Assembly (NCBI GenBank): GCA_030704615.1
Contig: CM060734.1
Location: forward strand, 28,582,001-28,646,000
Direction: 5' to 3'
Length of the DNA: 64,000 nucleotides
Source of the DNA: Takakia lepidozioides
Taxonomy: Eukaryota > Plantae > Bryophyta
Of this stretch, positions 1 to 12,525 are shown piece by piece. The notes under the pieces are model-generated. The model ran no database searches and was not told where the DNA came from. It saw only the letters and a program-made list of their open reading frames with translations. Made by a program: the position numbers and the translations under genes. Position 1 is the first letter of the stretch; each line of letters starts with the position of its first letter.

Positions 1-222
1 AGAAAAACAAACTTTATAACTGTCCACGTAGAGCTACACGGAAAGAAACAACGAAGAACCCTGGGGTTGTTAGGAGGAGGAAGAAGTTCATGACTCCAAA
101 GGACTGGCCCATAACAAAGAGTACAAGGAAGAAATTGGTTGCATCCACAGAAGATCCAAAGAGAAATATGAGAGAAATGAAATGAAATGACACTTTATAG
201 CATCTGCACAAAGATGCTAAAG

Positions 223-965
223 CTGCCCAGCAATTAGACCCCAACAGGGCTAAGGCCTTAGGATTTTGAAAGTTGGTGAACAGAGGTTCAGGGACCACAG
301 CCCCCAGTTTGGATGGAACAAAAGGGTACAGACACTAACATTGTTTCACTAGAGGGGCTTACCTTGATATAAACAATGAGTTCAGGCTTTCCAGATTTCC
401 TCTAGAAAGCCCTTCACACAAGCATCAATCTGCTGTGTGTGAGCTGCCCAGCAATTAGACCCCAACAGGGCGAGGGCTTTAGGATTTTGAAAGTTGGTGA
501 ACAGAGGTTCAGGGACTACGTTCTTGATGGTCCTGAAGAAGGTCGATCTCTGATGAGAATACCCCGCACATTGTATCAGAAAATGGATATCGTCTTCAGG
601 CCACCCCCACATCAGGCATTGACACTCTCTTTTTTCTCTCTGCATCTGTTTATTGATCAAAGGTGGAACTCCCAGCCAAAGTTTAATTTTCAGTCGAGTA
701 CCGAGGGTAGGTAGGCCCTTCAGATCATCCTTTAGGTCCTCACCCATGTCACAAACTGGGTGTTCAGGGAAGTTTTATATCTGCATACGTTTGTTCAGAC
801 ATTCTTTGTATTTCTGCCATGGCCTTAGACACTTCAGAGCAGGGTCAGTTCTTCCTGCCTAATTTTCAGGTACTGAAAATCTCCTCTACCCTTTTCCTTC
901 AGGACTTGGCCTGTTTAACAGGACAGTCTTGCTTCCAAGAAATAGAGTTGACCATCTTAGCGTTA
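223..965 (-). mobile_element. 3' fragment(s) of an RTE-X-like LINE, probably inside an intron of the LIN-like gene
   Basis: ORF 382-747 reads GTRLKIKLWLGVPPLIN...CQCLMWG..ED.IHFLIQC, a decayed C-terminal CCHC region of a non-LTR ORF2. Near-identical sequence occurs at 51050-51780 and 52880-53480. 223-298 is a local duplicate of 443-518. Confidence 0.75.
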
Positions 966-1003
966 TGACAGCGCTACCTTGCAATACTTTAATAAGAGAT
1001 CTG

Positions 1004-4000
1004 CTACCTCTTCAACCAATAAGTGATCAAGAAGAGTACCTCTGTGGCGGTGCTCAAGTCCGCCAGAACAGAAAATCTGGTATTGAATTTAATGCTCGAT
1101 CCTGAAACCTTGGGAAGATCTGAAATAACTTCAGGCACCTTCATCTGCTTGCCTTGTGCAGGTTGACCACAAATATCGTCATCGCATTCATCAGGACATA
1201 TAGCCAAAATTTGGTGGTGAGTTTGCTTAATTGCATTCACAAGCTCACAGAGCTTCTTGGAAGTGATCCCCCGGCCATCCTTGTCAGCAAGCCTTTCAAT
1301 AAAAGTCTTTGCCTCTCTTGAGTTCACTTTCCCAGAGGAGATCTCGTCCCATACTTCTAAAAGTTCCCCTTGTGTAATTTCATCTTCATCTAAGTACAGG
1401 CCAGTACCCTTGTCTGGCTCTCCTGACAAGAGAGGACTGGTGGGTTCTGTGTTTGCAGGAGAAAGCTCTATTCCACTCTCTTCGTTGTCCACAGGAGCAA
1501 GGTCTCTCAGTTTCTGTTGTTCTTCCTCAAATAAGGAAGAAGATGTGGAAGTACTTGTGGACCTGCAATTCGCAATTAGACAACATAGAATCTGAGTTGG
1601 AGCAATGCTCACAAATATCTCTTTCAGCAACGCAGATATGTGATCTGGAGCAACTACATGTGAGCTGTGAGAGTGTGTCTCTCAACCTCTAAATGCCAGT
1701 CTCTCTCTCCCTTCCCTCCTCTCTGACATCTCCCAGCATATCAGCTTTTCTGGCTGAAATTAGTGGATTTACACTTCTTTGCACATATCTTCTACATTTC
1801 TATGGCTCTGAATCGTTGTGAAAAGGCCTGCAATGTCCAGGTGCCAGTCACCAGGCCTCCAGGCAGCAAGTTCTCAATAAACTCCAAAAGAAAGGATAGG
1901 GTCACATTCACAACAGCATTGGCTAGAAGGAATCTCTTGTCTAAGTTACAAAGTCTGCCCAACCAACAGACGCCCGAGTTAACCAAAAACAATCCCTCGG
2001 CTCTCCAGTTTCAATCAGCATATGATGATAGCATTCCAACAACTTGTAATGTTGAGGTGTACTGCTCTGATATGCAGAGAACATACTCAATTCATTTGCA
2101 CCCGCACATGCAAAATACAATGTGTGGGCACTTACAGAGAGTCTGTTCTCCTTTTTCCATCTGTTCCCCCATCAGATCCAGCCTCTACAAGTGTATCCAA
2201 GGGCATCATTCCAGGTGTTGCCCACACCTGCCCCCCGTTAGACGTCTCATGCTTAGGAGTTGTGGGCGGCTGGGCCTTGGGAAGACTTGGTTCATCCCCA
2301 CTTTCAGCACCGCTGGCTTCATAAGCCATTGAATCCTTGTAGTATTGTGCATATTGCTGCGTATTCATGTCTAGACAGTCCTGGTATAGCTTGTTCAGTA
2401 GCTCCAGTCGCAATACCTGTTCCTTCCTCAGTTCTCTTGTTGGCCCCTGGGCATAGCGAAAACTCGCCGTCAGGAAACTTTACGAGCTGACCACTGCATA
2501 ACTGTACTCCTGACAAATCCTAGACTGAAGTTTCTCAGGTGGAGCTCAGCAGAAGAGCACCAATGATGGGGTAAAGTTTGGCCAGAACTCAGGGTTGCTG
2601 TCAAACTACAGATAAATTTTGAAGTCTCCTTCTCAGCAACTTTCCCATGGAAACTGCCAACAAGGCTCTGTTGCAAAGTTATTGACAGCATGAGAACACT
2701 CAGTCCACCAAAAGGACGTCTTAGTGTTCATTTCCTGCAACAAAGAGCCCCCCAACCACTTACTTCATCCTGTGTCTCAGGTGTGTGTTGTCCTTTCTTG
2801 CTCTCTACCTGCCTCCCTCTCTCAATCACACATCATAACTTGGTTACAGCACCACCTCTGCATTAGGCAGTCATTGAAAGTGCAAAGATTGAGGCCGGAG
2901 CCAACTTACCCCAGTTTTGATAGAATCCCCACTCTCCTCCAGCTTCTGCCTGCCTTCCTTGTGAGCATATGTCTTTGATGAATGAGAGGCCTTCATTATG
3001 TTGTCAGACTCCCCCTGGTACCAGATTTTGATGTTGGCAAGGTGGGGAAGAAAGATTTGTTCCCAGAGGTCAGGTGCAAAATCCAGGCGAGCATAGGTGG
3101 GGTCTATGAGGAACATCTCAAGCAGATGGCCGGCTACATAGAAATCTTCATTGCGAAGCTTCCACACAAAGGCAAGGTAGAGGTGAGCCCACGCAGCAAG
3201 ATAAGTGTTGGGGACACCAGCAGTAAACCGTTTTGGATCGAGCAATGCCGGCACCTGTTGAAGTCAATCATTCTTCTTAGATCTGCAGATAGTGTGTCAA
3301 GAGATATCCCTCACTATCCAACTTGTCCATCTTTTGAAGGCCCCAAAAGACCTGGAAATCTATATGCTGAGAGCTCACAGCCCAACAGACTGTCGTTGAG
3401 GGTTTGCCGGAGTTCAGCCAAACTATTCAACCATCTATGATTATGCACCATCCAAGGGGTAGGCTTCAGTAACAACTATTGAATGGCCAATAACCAGGTG
3501 GGGAGTATGCAAGAGCATTTCTTCCTTTTATTTGTGCTTCCTCTCCATGACATTACATCCAGCACTCAAGACCCCATTGTCTGGACTTTATCATTTGCTC
3601 CCATGAATTGTAAGAGAAAGCTTTCCAATTGCTCTGAGACAGGAAGAAAGTGATTTCTGCCCCAATTTTGTAGTGGCCGATTGAAAACTCCGTCGTGCAA
3701 GCGTGGACGTGCAATGCGGCAAATCATTATAATTTCACTGTTCCCAACACTCGCCATGAAAAGAGGTGAAGCGTGTGACGTTGAATCAGGTGGGGTCAGA
3801 GAGTTTGTATACTTCCACGTGAAGAAAGGGAAATCTCCCTAGCTATGATTGCAGTTCTGGGAGTTGGAATGCATACCTGTAGCATCTTCTCGGAATGCTC
3901 CAAACGAGCTGCCCGGGCTTCGTGGTTGGTGGTCTTCAGAGCAGATTCCAATCCCTCAATACCCCAATCTAGATTGGCCAGTACTGCCTGCTCAGGGTAT

Positions 4001-4215
4001 TGCACTTTCAATCCAGATTCCAACTGCAGCCTCCCTGAGCATTTCCTCTTCACAGCTTGCCGACTCTCATTGTGCAAAAGGTTGGATAGAGCCCATCCTC
4101 CCATGACCGAGATTACTGCCCGAACTACTGTTGTATCTAGCTGAGTTGTCTCCACAGGTACCACCCGGCGATCCAAATTCTCGTGGTTTGTCATGGGCTC
4201 TCTCAGCTGTGCCAT
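1004..4215 (-). CDS. LIN: LIN/CERBERUS-like E3 ubiquitin ligase, N-terminal exons: 4215-3877, 3254-2910, 2446-2136, 1562-~1040. U-box/WD40 exons are not seen and are probably left of the window
   Basis: Peptides QAVLANLDWGIEGLE..ARLEHSEKMLQV, TAGVPNTYLAAWAHLYL..WKLRN..LEMFLIDP..R.DFAPDLW..FLPHL and LY...LD.NT..YA.YYKD...LP.A.PP.TP.HE match the LIN N-terminus as I recall it. GT-AG junctions have compatible phases (0,0,2). The end of exon 4 is unresolved. Confidence 0.88.
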
Positions 4216-4979
4216 AAGACATCACCAAGGTTAATAGATAGATGAGCTGCGACCCGTTCACATTCACGTATCTGGTGGCACACCGCAGTGATTTGAGTGG
4301 AGCTGAGTCCTCTGTAACTCTCTGGAAAATGCCATCATTGGATCACCTCGACACTGGCGACACTGAAGAGCTCAATCTTTATTGCAGTATGTCTTCCTTC
4401 TACACGATTGGCAAGGAATCCCTATCCATTCAATGGAAACAATATGTACCTCATGTCTTCCAGCCATCACTTCCTCTGTCCCTGAATTACCTAGACTACC
4501 TCTCAGGTGTCCCAAAACAGGCAGCCACGCCGCCTTCACATGCAAGCACATTATCCGAAATTTCCAAAACTTCTTGATCCCGGAACCACTCTACCATCCC
4601 CACCGAAAGCCTCAGTCACCGAGACCAAGCGATGTAGGAAGAGAGACGGGCTCTCACCCATAAAACGGAGCGAACAAAATACAGAATTCCGCTATGCATT
4701 GGACGGTTCGCGCTCACAACACAGAATCACTTAAAAGAGTCCCTTGCTGTGAGCGGAACAGCGATTGACCACGGCTGCTTGTCCGCTTGTGAGAAACAGC
4801 TCATCTAGCAGAGAGAAGCAGTGCATCTCAACCTTGGTAACAAGAGCCACAGAAGAGAAAGCAGCTGGAGGAACAGTAAGAAACCTCCACCCTGGCCAGC
4901 GAACGAGCGAGAGACAAAACCCGACTACTCCCACACTCGCGAGGAAGACAAACCAAAACCCAAGCCCGCAGGGGAGCCA

Positions 4980-5340
4980 CAGTGTCAGACGTCTTTCTGT
5001 CATCCCACGCCATCGCTCTTCCGTCCGTCGCCGGCGCCGTCGACCTCGTCTGGGGCCTGCGGCGGAAACTGCGACAGCGTCATACAGGCTCGGGCCAGCC
5101 GCGGCCCAGGCTCGGACGCCCTCAGCGACGAGGGGCCGAGGGCGAGCGACCGCGCGCGGCGCGGTCAGGCGCGGCCCGACCGCGGACTGGCGGGCAGCCG
5201 GCTGTCGGCAGCTTCGCAGCAAAATCTGGCGCCAAATTCAAAACTGCTGCCCGCCTTTAATGCCCCTCATTCCCCCTTTACCGCCCTCCCCACATGCTCG
5301 GGCGCTCTGACATCCATCGACATCCACCCGCGCACGGTCC
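4980..5340 (-). promoter_or_regulatory. GC-rich island, probable promoter/5' UTR exon of the LIN-like gene
   Basis: CpG-rich stretch ~0.8-1.1 kb upstream of the ATG at 4215. The overlapping ORFs are low-complexity Arg/Ala/Pro-rich shadows. Confidence 0.4.
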
Positions 5341-6752
5341 CCCGATCGCAGAATTCATCCATACATCCATCCCTTCCACACGTGCGACTCTGGACGGATG
5401 ACTCCACTCCGCTGATTTCATCCACAGACCCACCCTGGCCCCTCCATTATTTGGAGGAATGCCAAGCTCCAAAGAAAGTCTGGCAATGGGCCCTACATCC
5501 CTATTCACACCCATCGACTTTGAAAACATGGCCCCCTCCGTTTCACCCTCTGCCACTCTCGGGCCCATGACAACGTCTCAAACAGTTCGTCGGCGGAATC
5601 AACTCAGTTGCTGGATAGTTATGCGAAGCACCTTTCGGTTTTTTATTCCCACAAGTCTTCTCACAATTGCGTGTGCGGAGTTGACCGTATTCAGGTTCGT
5701 GACATGCACCACCAACTTATGCATGTAGGTACTTACGCTCGCAAACGACGCGGATCACAACACCACAGTGTCGGTTCAACATTCTCCTTTGCCCGAGTGC
5801 TCATCCGGATTGTCCGCTCACAAGTGCGACGGATAAATCCACAAAATATGCGTGACATCGATGACTTCCGCGCACGCCAATGCTCCCCTTAAAACTTCTA
5901 GAATCCCAAAAAGAATAAAGGAACGTTGCGCCTTCCAACGCATCCAACTGGACGCCAGGATTTGAACCCCAGATCACGTGGGTGGGTGGCAGGCGTAGGT
6001 TAAAGCGTGTTGTGGGCGGCCAGAGCCACAAACATAACTGGGCTTATTAACTGAGCCTAACTGAGCGCAGTTAAGTTAGTGTGCAGTGATGTCACATCGC
6101 TGGCTGTGTCACGCCATCCCTGCCAGGCCGTCCTCATCACTCTCCCCCACCCACCCCCCCTTCTCTCTTCTAACTTCACTCCTTTTCTCTGCTCCTCTCT
6201 GTGTGCCAAGTCTGGTGTGGGCAGAAAGCTTGTGTGTGCAGGGCTGCTGTTTCGGTGGTCCTTGTCATCACCAGCAACTGCAGTTGTTGGCATGCTGCAA
6301 TGTGAGGACTGATATGGCAGCTTGAGCTCTTCACTTGCAGTGTACTGTAAAATTCCCTTTGAAAGGGAGAGCATAGGTACTGGCCTCTTGGCTTCTTACA
6401 TAATATCAGCCCACAGGGCCAACTCTGCCCCAAGTTATGGTGGTCCTCAGACTGATGATGACGATAATAGTTATGACAGTCACATCAAACTTTCTATGAT
6501 GCAATGGATCATTGTCAAAAATGACAGCCAGTGCAAGATTGGGTCTCCTCTCCTAGGCTCTTGGAGGGGGTTTGGAATTGTGCAGGAGCACAATCCCCGG
6601 TTACAGAGGTAATTTGTTTGAAAACGGAAATATAAGTCATAAACGGACATACGTTATGGTAATGCAATTACATGGTAGGTGTTTAGTGTTTACATATGTA
6701 TACATATACGAGGACGGAACTGGTTCAACTGCAACAACTTTGTTATATGTAT

Positions 6753-7663
6753 CAATGTTGGACTGGTACATAGGGCATGGCCGGGCATCAACTAGGGTAT
6801 CAACCGACCCAGCTGGTATTGGCTGTTGTAATAATATTAGGGTTAAATAACCGAACAGCCTGATATTGACAAGTCCAATACCTAGCTCAATACCCTACAT
6901 AGGCTAGTATTGACAAAGGCAATACCCGTGCTACAAAAACAAGGACTATAGACTTGGTATAGCATCTAGATATGAAGTTGGGGCTGGTGCACAAGTCAGG
7001 GGTAGGGCATGTCCGGCCCCAAGGGCACGCCACTATTTTTCATTTTTTAGCACATGTCGGTAGGGCAATGTCGACTGGCATTAACAACCTCGACAAATTA
7101 GTGCTAATTTTAAGGAATTGGCCGAATGATGTGCCAACAGATTGCAAGGTTGTTGAGCAAGGGATGGATTTCTTTTTGTCGGAAGACAATATGATTGATG
7201 AGTACGAGGACCTCATTGCAGATGCTGGCATGTTTGACAATGAGGCTTGCAATCAGTTCTCTATTAACAAAGCTCGATTCACTTTGCGTACTAAAATCTG
7301 CAACAGTATTATGTAATGCAAAGTCTGATATTTGCAACAGAATATTTAATTTCTTTGTGAAATCAAGTATGCCTCTAAATTAAAGGCATATTACCGATTT
7401 GGTGGTTATTTTAATTTTAATTTTAATTATTTATATCCGGGTTGATAACCGGCGGTATTACGATTGGAATACCCTCCCACCCCCCCCCCCCCCCCCCCCC
7501 CACAAACAAGGAAAAAAAAAAAAAAAAAAAAAAAACTATTGATACCCATCCACAAATCAAAAATCATACTACTATTCAGGACTGGCGGATATTAAAATTA
7601 AGTGAATATTCCAATACTGTGGAACCGGCTGGTATTAAAAAAAGTAATACTCGCCCAACACTG
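6753..7663 (+). mobile_element. Non-autonomous hAT element with a transposase C-terminal remnant
   Basis: Termini CAATGTTGGAC... / ...GCCCAACACTG; 8-bp TSD atatgtat (6745-6752) vs gtatgtat (7664-7671). Internal peptide NLDKLVLILRNWPND..C.......F...ED..IDEYE..I.DAG.FD resembles the tail after a hAT dimerisation domain. Confidence 0.75.
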
Positions 7664-9524
7664 GTATGTATGTGGCAGCCAACTTAACTGGTTTCAAGTC
7701 TCTCCTTCTTCTACTTCTTATAGTGAAACACAAAATCCAACACCCTCGCATCTTCGTCTCTAAATTTTGGTTGAGACTATAGTTGGCTATGTACATCTGC
7801 CAAGCACGGATCAAAATTATAGCGTGCAGGGAATTAAAGGTTTTCCTTGCACATCTTTTGTTGTATCATTAGTATCCCTTTGAGTCTCTTGCCATGTTCT
7901 CAAGATCCAACACATTCAACCAAAAGAGCGACCAGAGGATTCCGTTGCCACACTTGAATCCCTTCATAGCTTGCCCATATAGAGTCGACTCCCATTTAGC
8001 GTTATCGACTCATTGCATGTGCAAAGCAGGAGCCTATGCATTAAGATAAAAAGTCATACCAAGGATTGAAGTATACAGAGTGTGAATTAGCCGAAGTATA
8101 ATAGAATTGAGTATAAAATGTCAGCAGGTGCATAATGTATAATGGTATCTGTTTATGCATCAGAGACTACATGTAGAGTCTTTCCGACAGCCAAGATTGG
8201 GGCCAAAAAACATAGAAGCGCTAACATATAATATGGATGAACCGGATGAAAATGGATGAAAATGTGACATTTATTTCACGGGCAGTATGACAATGTTCAT
8301 TTAAGATAATAGATAAACAGATAGAAAAGTTTTACTTTAAATTATTGAGAGGAAAAAAATTGAAACCAGTAAGGGAGAAGTTGCACTGTCAAGGGCATGG
8401 AAATGCTGTCCGGGTTGAAAATCACTACGAATTTCCTTCCAAATGTTACTATCTACACTTTGCTGGTGAAATTTCTGTAGCACCGAATATAAATTGAGAA
8501 GAGCTTATTGATTTACTAGAAATCGGCAGTTTCAAGGATGCAGTAAGGAGGTTTTCTTTCCCTGAGCTAGCACCAGTTATCCAACATTGTAGAAATGGTG
8601 TATAACTTATGTGTATTCGTAGGTCCAAGGATACCAAGGATACCAAGGATACCTGCGGTCTGGTTAGGACCCTTGGAAGCATGGAGGTCACCGGCTACTA
8701 CCAGCCTTGTGTGCCATGGAGCTCTCCTAGGATATTGGAGTGGCGGCAAGTTGCTTCTCTTGTTCTATAATTGTGGCAAGTGATTATTTCAACACTTGAT
8801 GAAAGCGGTGATTTCGACACATTAAAGAAATTGAACAAAGGATATATGCTTAAGGAACCCTTGATCACAAGAATTGTTTGTAAAAGGGGCTTTAATTTTT
8901 TTCCCCGAATAATCTGTAATAAAATCTAACCAGGGCCTCTGTCCCCTGTTTCTTTTTTTTCTTTCTTTTTTAAAACGTTTGTATTGCTGTAACTGCATGA
9001 ATCCATCGTGCAAGATAAAACAACACTATCAGTATAACTGAACAAATAGAATGGTGTTGAAAATGCTTGAAACCAAAAAATCTTTGAACTCTGAAAAAGG
9101 AAAGGGCGTGAAACATTCTGGGCATGGAGATGATTGGAACATGGAGGTTTGCTATCAATGTTGACAGTGAATTAGACAATCTTGTAATCTCACGGGCTTA
9201 TCATCCGCAAGACATTTTGCGGAGTCACTTTGCAAGCCCTGGCGCTGTCAACGGGTACAGGGTGCAAAATAAGGGATAGTTGGTGCATTTTTAAACAGGG
9301 GATGGTAGCAAGATATAAGCAAATATTGGGCATGAAGCAACGGGTAGGCATGTTTAAGTGGCTCTGAGAACCGGGTACCCCTAGTTTGTCATTAATAAGC
9401 TGGAAGTGGCCCCCCATACCTTACCAGAGAGGTAATGTGTGGCGGCTAGGGTGCATTTTTGGTTTAGAGACTGGTATAGTTAGGGTAGATTCTGAAAGTG
9501 CAAATATGAGAGAAAAACAATAAA

Positions 9525-9850
9525 GAATGGGTCATTTCAACTCTATTTTAAGAATAGAGAAAATCTATTTTAAGACTGGAGAAATGATGGGCCATTCTAT
9601 CTAAGAATGGAAAATGGTTATTTCAACTCTATTTCAGGAATTGGAGTTGATCATTTCAACTGTTGAAATGAGTCCTTCAAGTCTATTTTAAGAAATAAAA
9701 TTGGTCATTTCAACTATAAAGTCATATAAACTCTATTTTAAGATGGAGAAATGATCGGTCATTCTATCTAAGCATGGAAAATGAGTCATTTCAACTCTAT
9801 TTTTAGGAATTGGAATTGATATTGAAATTAGTCTTTCATTTCTATTACTC
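9525..9850. repeat. Degenerate tandem repeat of a GGTCATTTCAACTCTATTTTAAGAA-like unit
   Basis: About 8-10 imperfect copies. Related motifs recur at ~10668-10700 and ~11880-11985; probably transposon subterminal sequence. Confidence 0.55.
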
Positions 9851-9976
9851 TGATTTCATATAAAACTGGTGTAGAAGCATATCGCGCCGTAATGGAATAC
9901 AAAATAGCGCATCGGAAATGTAATTTCCAGTAGAATTTTCAGCCTTGAGTACGGATAGCGTGACATAATAAAAATA

Positions 9977-10100
9977 CACCAACAGTCAGTAGCTCAGTTG
10001 GTTAAGTGCACTGAGTGCCACCCAGATGATTCTGGGGTCAAATCTTGCTACTTGATGGGTGTGGTATTCTCTTCTCCCCCTCTTGGGCGGTGTCCCACTT
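9977..10100 (+). mobile_element. tRNA-derived SINE, family B (degenerate)
   Basis: A-box-like GTAGCTCAGTTGGTTAAG and B-box-like GGGGTCAAATC. The body ...CTCCCCCTCTTGGGCGGTGTCCCA is shared with 62785-62882. Confidence 0.55.
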
Positions 10101-10702
10101 GTTCGTCTCCATGGCGCATAAATGAAAGAGGTTATTTTCTCCTCTCACTATTCAGGGGCATGATTTGTGAGTTGTCGCTCCCAGGTGTTTCCCTTTTTTT
10201 TCTTTTTTTTTTAAATACATGTGGACATAAAACTTGTCGGTCGTTACACCAGCTCATATACCAGCCACCTGATACTAATACTGCTAAGAAGGTTATAATG
10301 AAGACCAATCCACCAATAAACTTCAACTTCAAGAGAGAGAAAGAGGAAATGTATAGCCGGACCTAAAACATAACTAGATCCCAATGCCAATGGCCCCTTG
10401 CGGTTGTCCCTTGCGCTTGCCATTCGTGCGTGCCCTTCCCACCTTGCTGCCAAAATCGACTCTCCCCCTTCTCTTGGAGTCCCTCTTATGCGCTCCCTAT
10501 CTGGACCCTCCATCTCTCCACAAACTCCCTCTTTAGCTATAAGCTTGCCAAAATGACCGCGCCACACCTATAGGTCCTCCTCCAATCTAGAACCTTCCCT
10601 AGCCAACTTTGGCATGCTATAGCCACCTTTATTCGGACAGTTTGCTAGATGTCCAATTTTCTTTGCTTATTTTAAGAAATGAAATTGGTCATTTCACCTA
10701 TA

Positions 10703-11362
10703 CTAGGGGTAACCTGTGCCGTTGGCCCAAGCGTTGAGTGTCATCTAAGCCCAAGTGTGCCCAAGTGTAAGATCTTCTAGTGCGTTTCCTATGTCGAGGC
10801 CCAAGTGCGACCTCTAGTGTAGCCTATGCCATTGGCCCATGTGTGAAGAATTGAAATCTAGACCAAGTGCAATTTCCTATGTATCCAAGTGTGTCTCCTA
10901 TATCGACCGTCTAAGCCCAAGTGCAATCTTCTATTCATGTATCCAAGTGCATCTCCCATGTAGAGGCCCAAGTGTCCAGTGTTATCTAAGCCAAGTGCAA
11001 TCTCCTATGTATCCAAGTATGTCTCCCATGTCAAGGCCCAATTTTATTTTTTTCATGAATTTATTGAGTAGTAATGTATCTAATCATATTGATATATCTC
11101 CGAGGCTCCAATCATTGTCCTAGGAAAGCCCACTTTGCTATTTTTCGTGAATTTCCAGCAACCAAAAGTACTTGAAATTTCATATCTCCCACGCCGCAGG
11201 TCCAAAAACCAGACCAAGCCGGTGCACCCCTCCTCATCGAGGGCTTTCCAACATTACCAAGCACTAGGGCTAGGGCCCCGCGGTTTGGGACATCTCAACG
11301 CTACAAAACAAAACAAAACAAACAAACAAACAAACAAACGCCTCGCTTCATATATTGATGGA
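10703..11362 (-). mobile_element. Non-autonomous Helitron
   Basis: Minus strand starts A|TC (11362) and ends with an imperfect hairpin GGGCCAACGGCAC, then GGTTACCC CTAG|T (10703). No TSD. Internal CCCAAGTG repeats and an (AAAC)n tract. Confidence 0.7.
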
Positions 11363-11553
11363 TAGTGATTTTGTTATGGAAGCCGATAAGGAGTTGGTTT
11401 TTATTCTAGCGACGACCGAAGGTCGAGAGCTCGTTTAGTGTAGAGCAGATATAGGGTGCCATAGTGCCACATCATCGTCGCCACGTTTCGTATGTCGTCA
11501 ATTTTTTTTATATCTGCCCGGACTGCCCGAAAATAACAGGGAGAGGTTGCAGC

Positions 11554-12356
11554 AAGTGTTGGACCGGTATATAGGTCTGGGGCGGGTATCAACTAGGGTA
11601 AGGGTAATGGTATGAACGATCATATCAGGCGGGTACGTGCAAGGGCAAGACCCGGCAATACCCAAGTGGGGCAGGATACATGGACTTCTAAAACCCTAGC
11701 ACAAACCAGACCAGTATGGTCTTCTTCCTCGCGCTACCACTCCAATACCATGTATGCGCCGGTTTAAGGGAGAGGATGCAGGGGTAGGGTTTAGGGTAGT
11801 TTTCATTAGGAGCATTTTAAATACAATGTATTAGTTTCTGCTCTTCAAGAGTGATAGAGAAGAGTTAGGGGCCCTTTGGGCTATTCAAATTGCCATCTCT
11901 ATATTGAAATGGGCCATTTGGTCTATTCAAATGGCCATTTGAATGGAATGAGCCATTTGAATAGTTCAAATGGCCATCTTATTTTTGGTATCCCTGTCGT
12001 ACTACCTTCGTGGCCGCCGGTTATTTTTTCCCTGTTATTGGTTGGAATTTACTATGTGTTCCTTGGCCTCGGCCTTTCATTCTTAATATGATTTAAAGGG
12101 CCTCTTTTTTTTCTTTTTTTTCTTTTTTTTAAGGAGTTAGATAGAATTGCACTAGTGCAGGTGGTACCAGACCCTGGCACATACCAGGCTGGTATGATTT
12201 TTAAAATTTTGTTTTATACCATACCATATACCATACCAGGCTGCCAAATTTACACATCATTTGTTACCAGTACCATACTGGTTTGAGAAATTCAACTCTA
12301 CCCCCAATACCTTTACCCTAGTGATATCAACAAACCATGATACCAGTCCAACACTG
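11554..12356 (+). mobile_element. Non-autonomous hAT element (MITE-like)
   Basis: TIR (A/C)AGTGTTGGAC(C/T)GGTAT at both ends; perfect 8-bp TSD GTTGCAGC at 11546-11553 and 12357-12364. The 5' end is related to the 6753-7663 element. Confidence 0.9.
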
Positions 12357-12525
12357 GTTGCAGCGGGGGGAAGGGACGATGATGGCTTGAGCGCGGAGGG
12401 GTTTCACACAGCGATCTCAGAGGGAGATCCTACATGGTGGATGCTGCACAACCTTTTCCATCCTGCAAATGTGGGCTCTTGGGTGTCAGGTTAGTCAGCT
12501 TGGGTGTTTCAATCCCTGCCTGCTC

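Noticed and set aside
2480-2510. Apparent in-frame TAA in LIN exon 3
   Set aside because: It disappears if the downstream phase-0 acceptor (TATGCCCAG, exon start 2446) is used, so it is not evidence of pseudogenisation.
4731-5570. Overlapping 160-250-aa ORFs
   Set aside because: GC-rich, stop-poor promoter/UTR sequence with no recognisable domain.
7480-7535. Long poly-C then poly-A run giving a PPPP/KKKK ORF
   Set aside because: Homopolymer tracts inside a non-autonomous hAT; not coding.
11783-11800. Telomere-like TTTAGGG
   Set aside because: Only 1-2 units, inside a hAT element.
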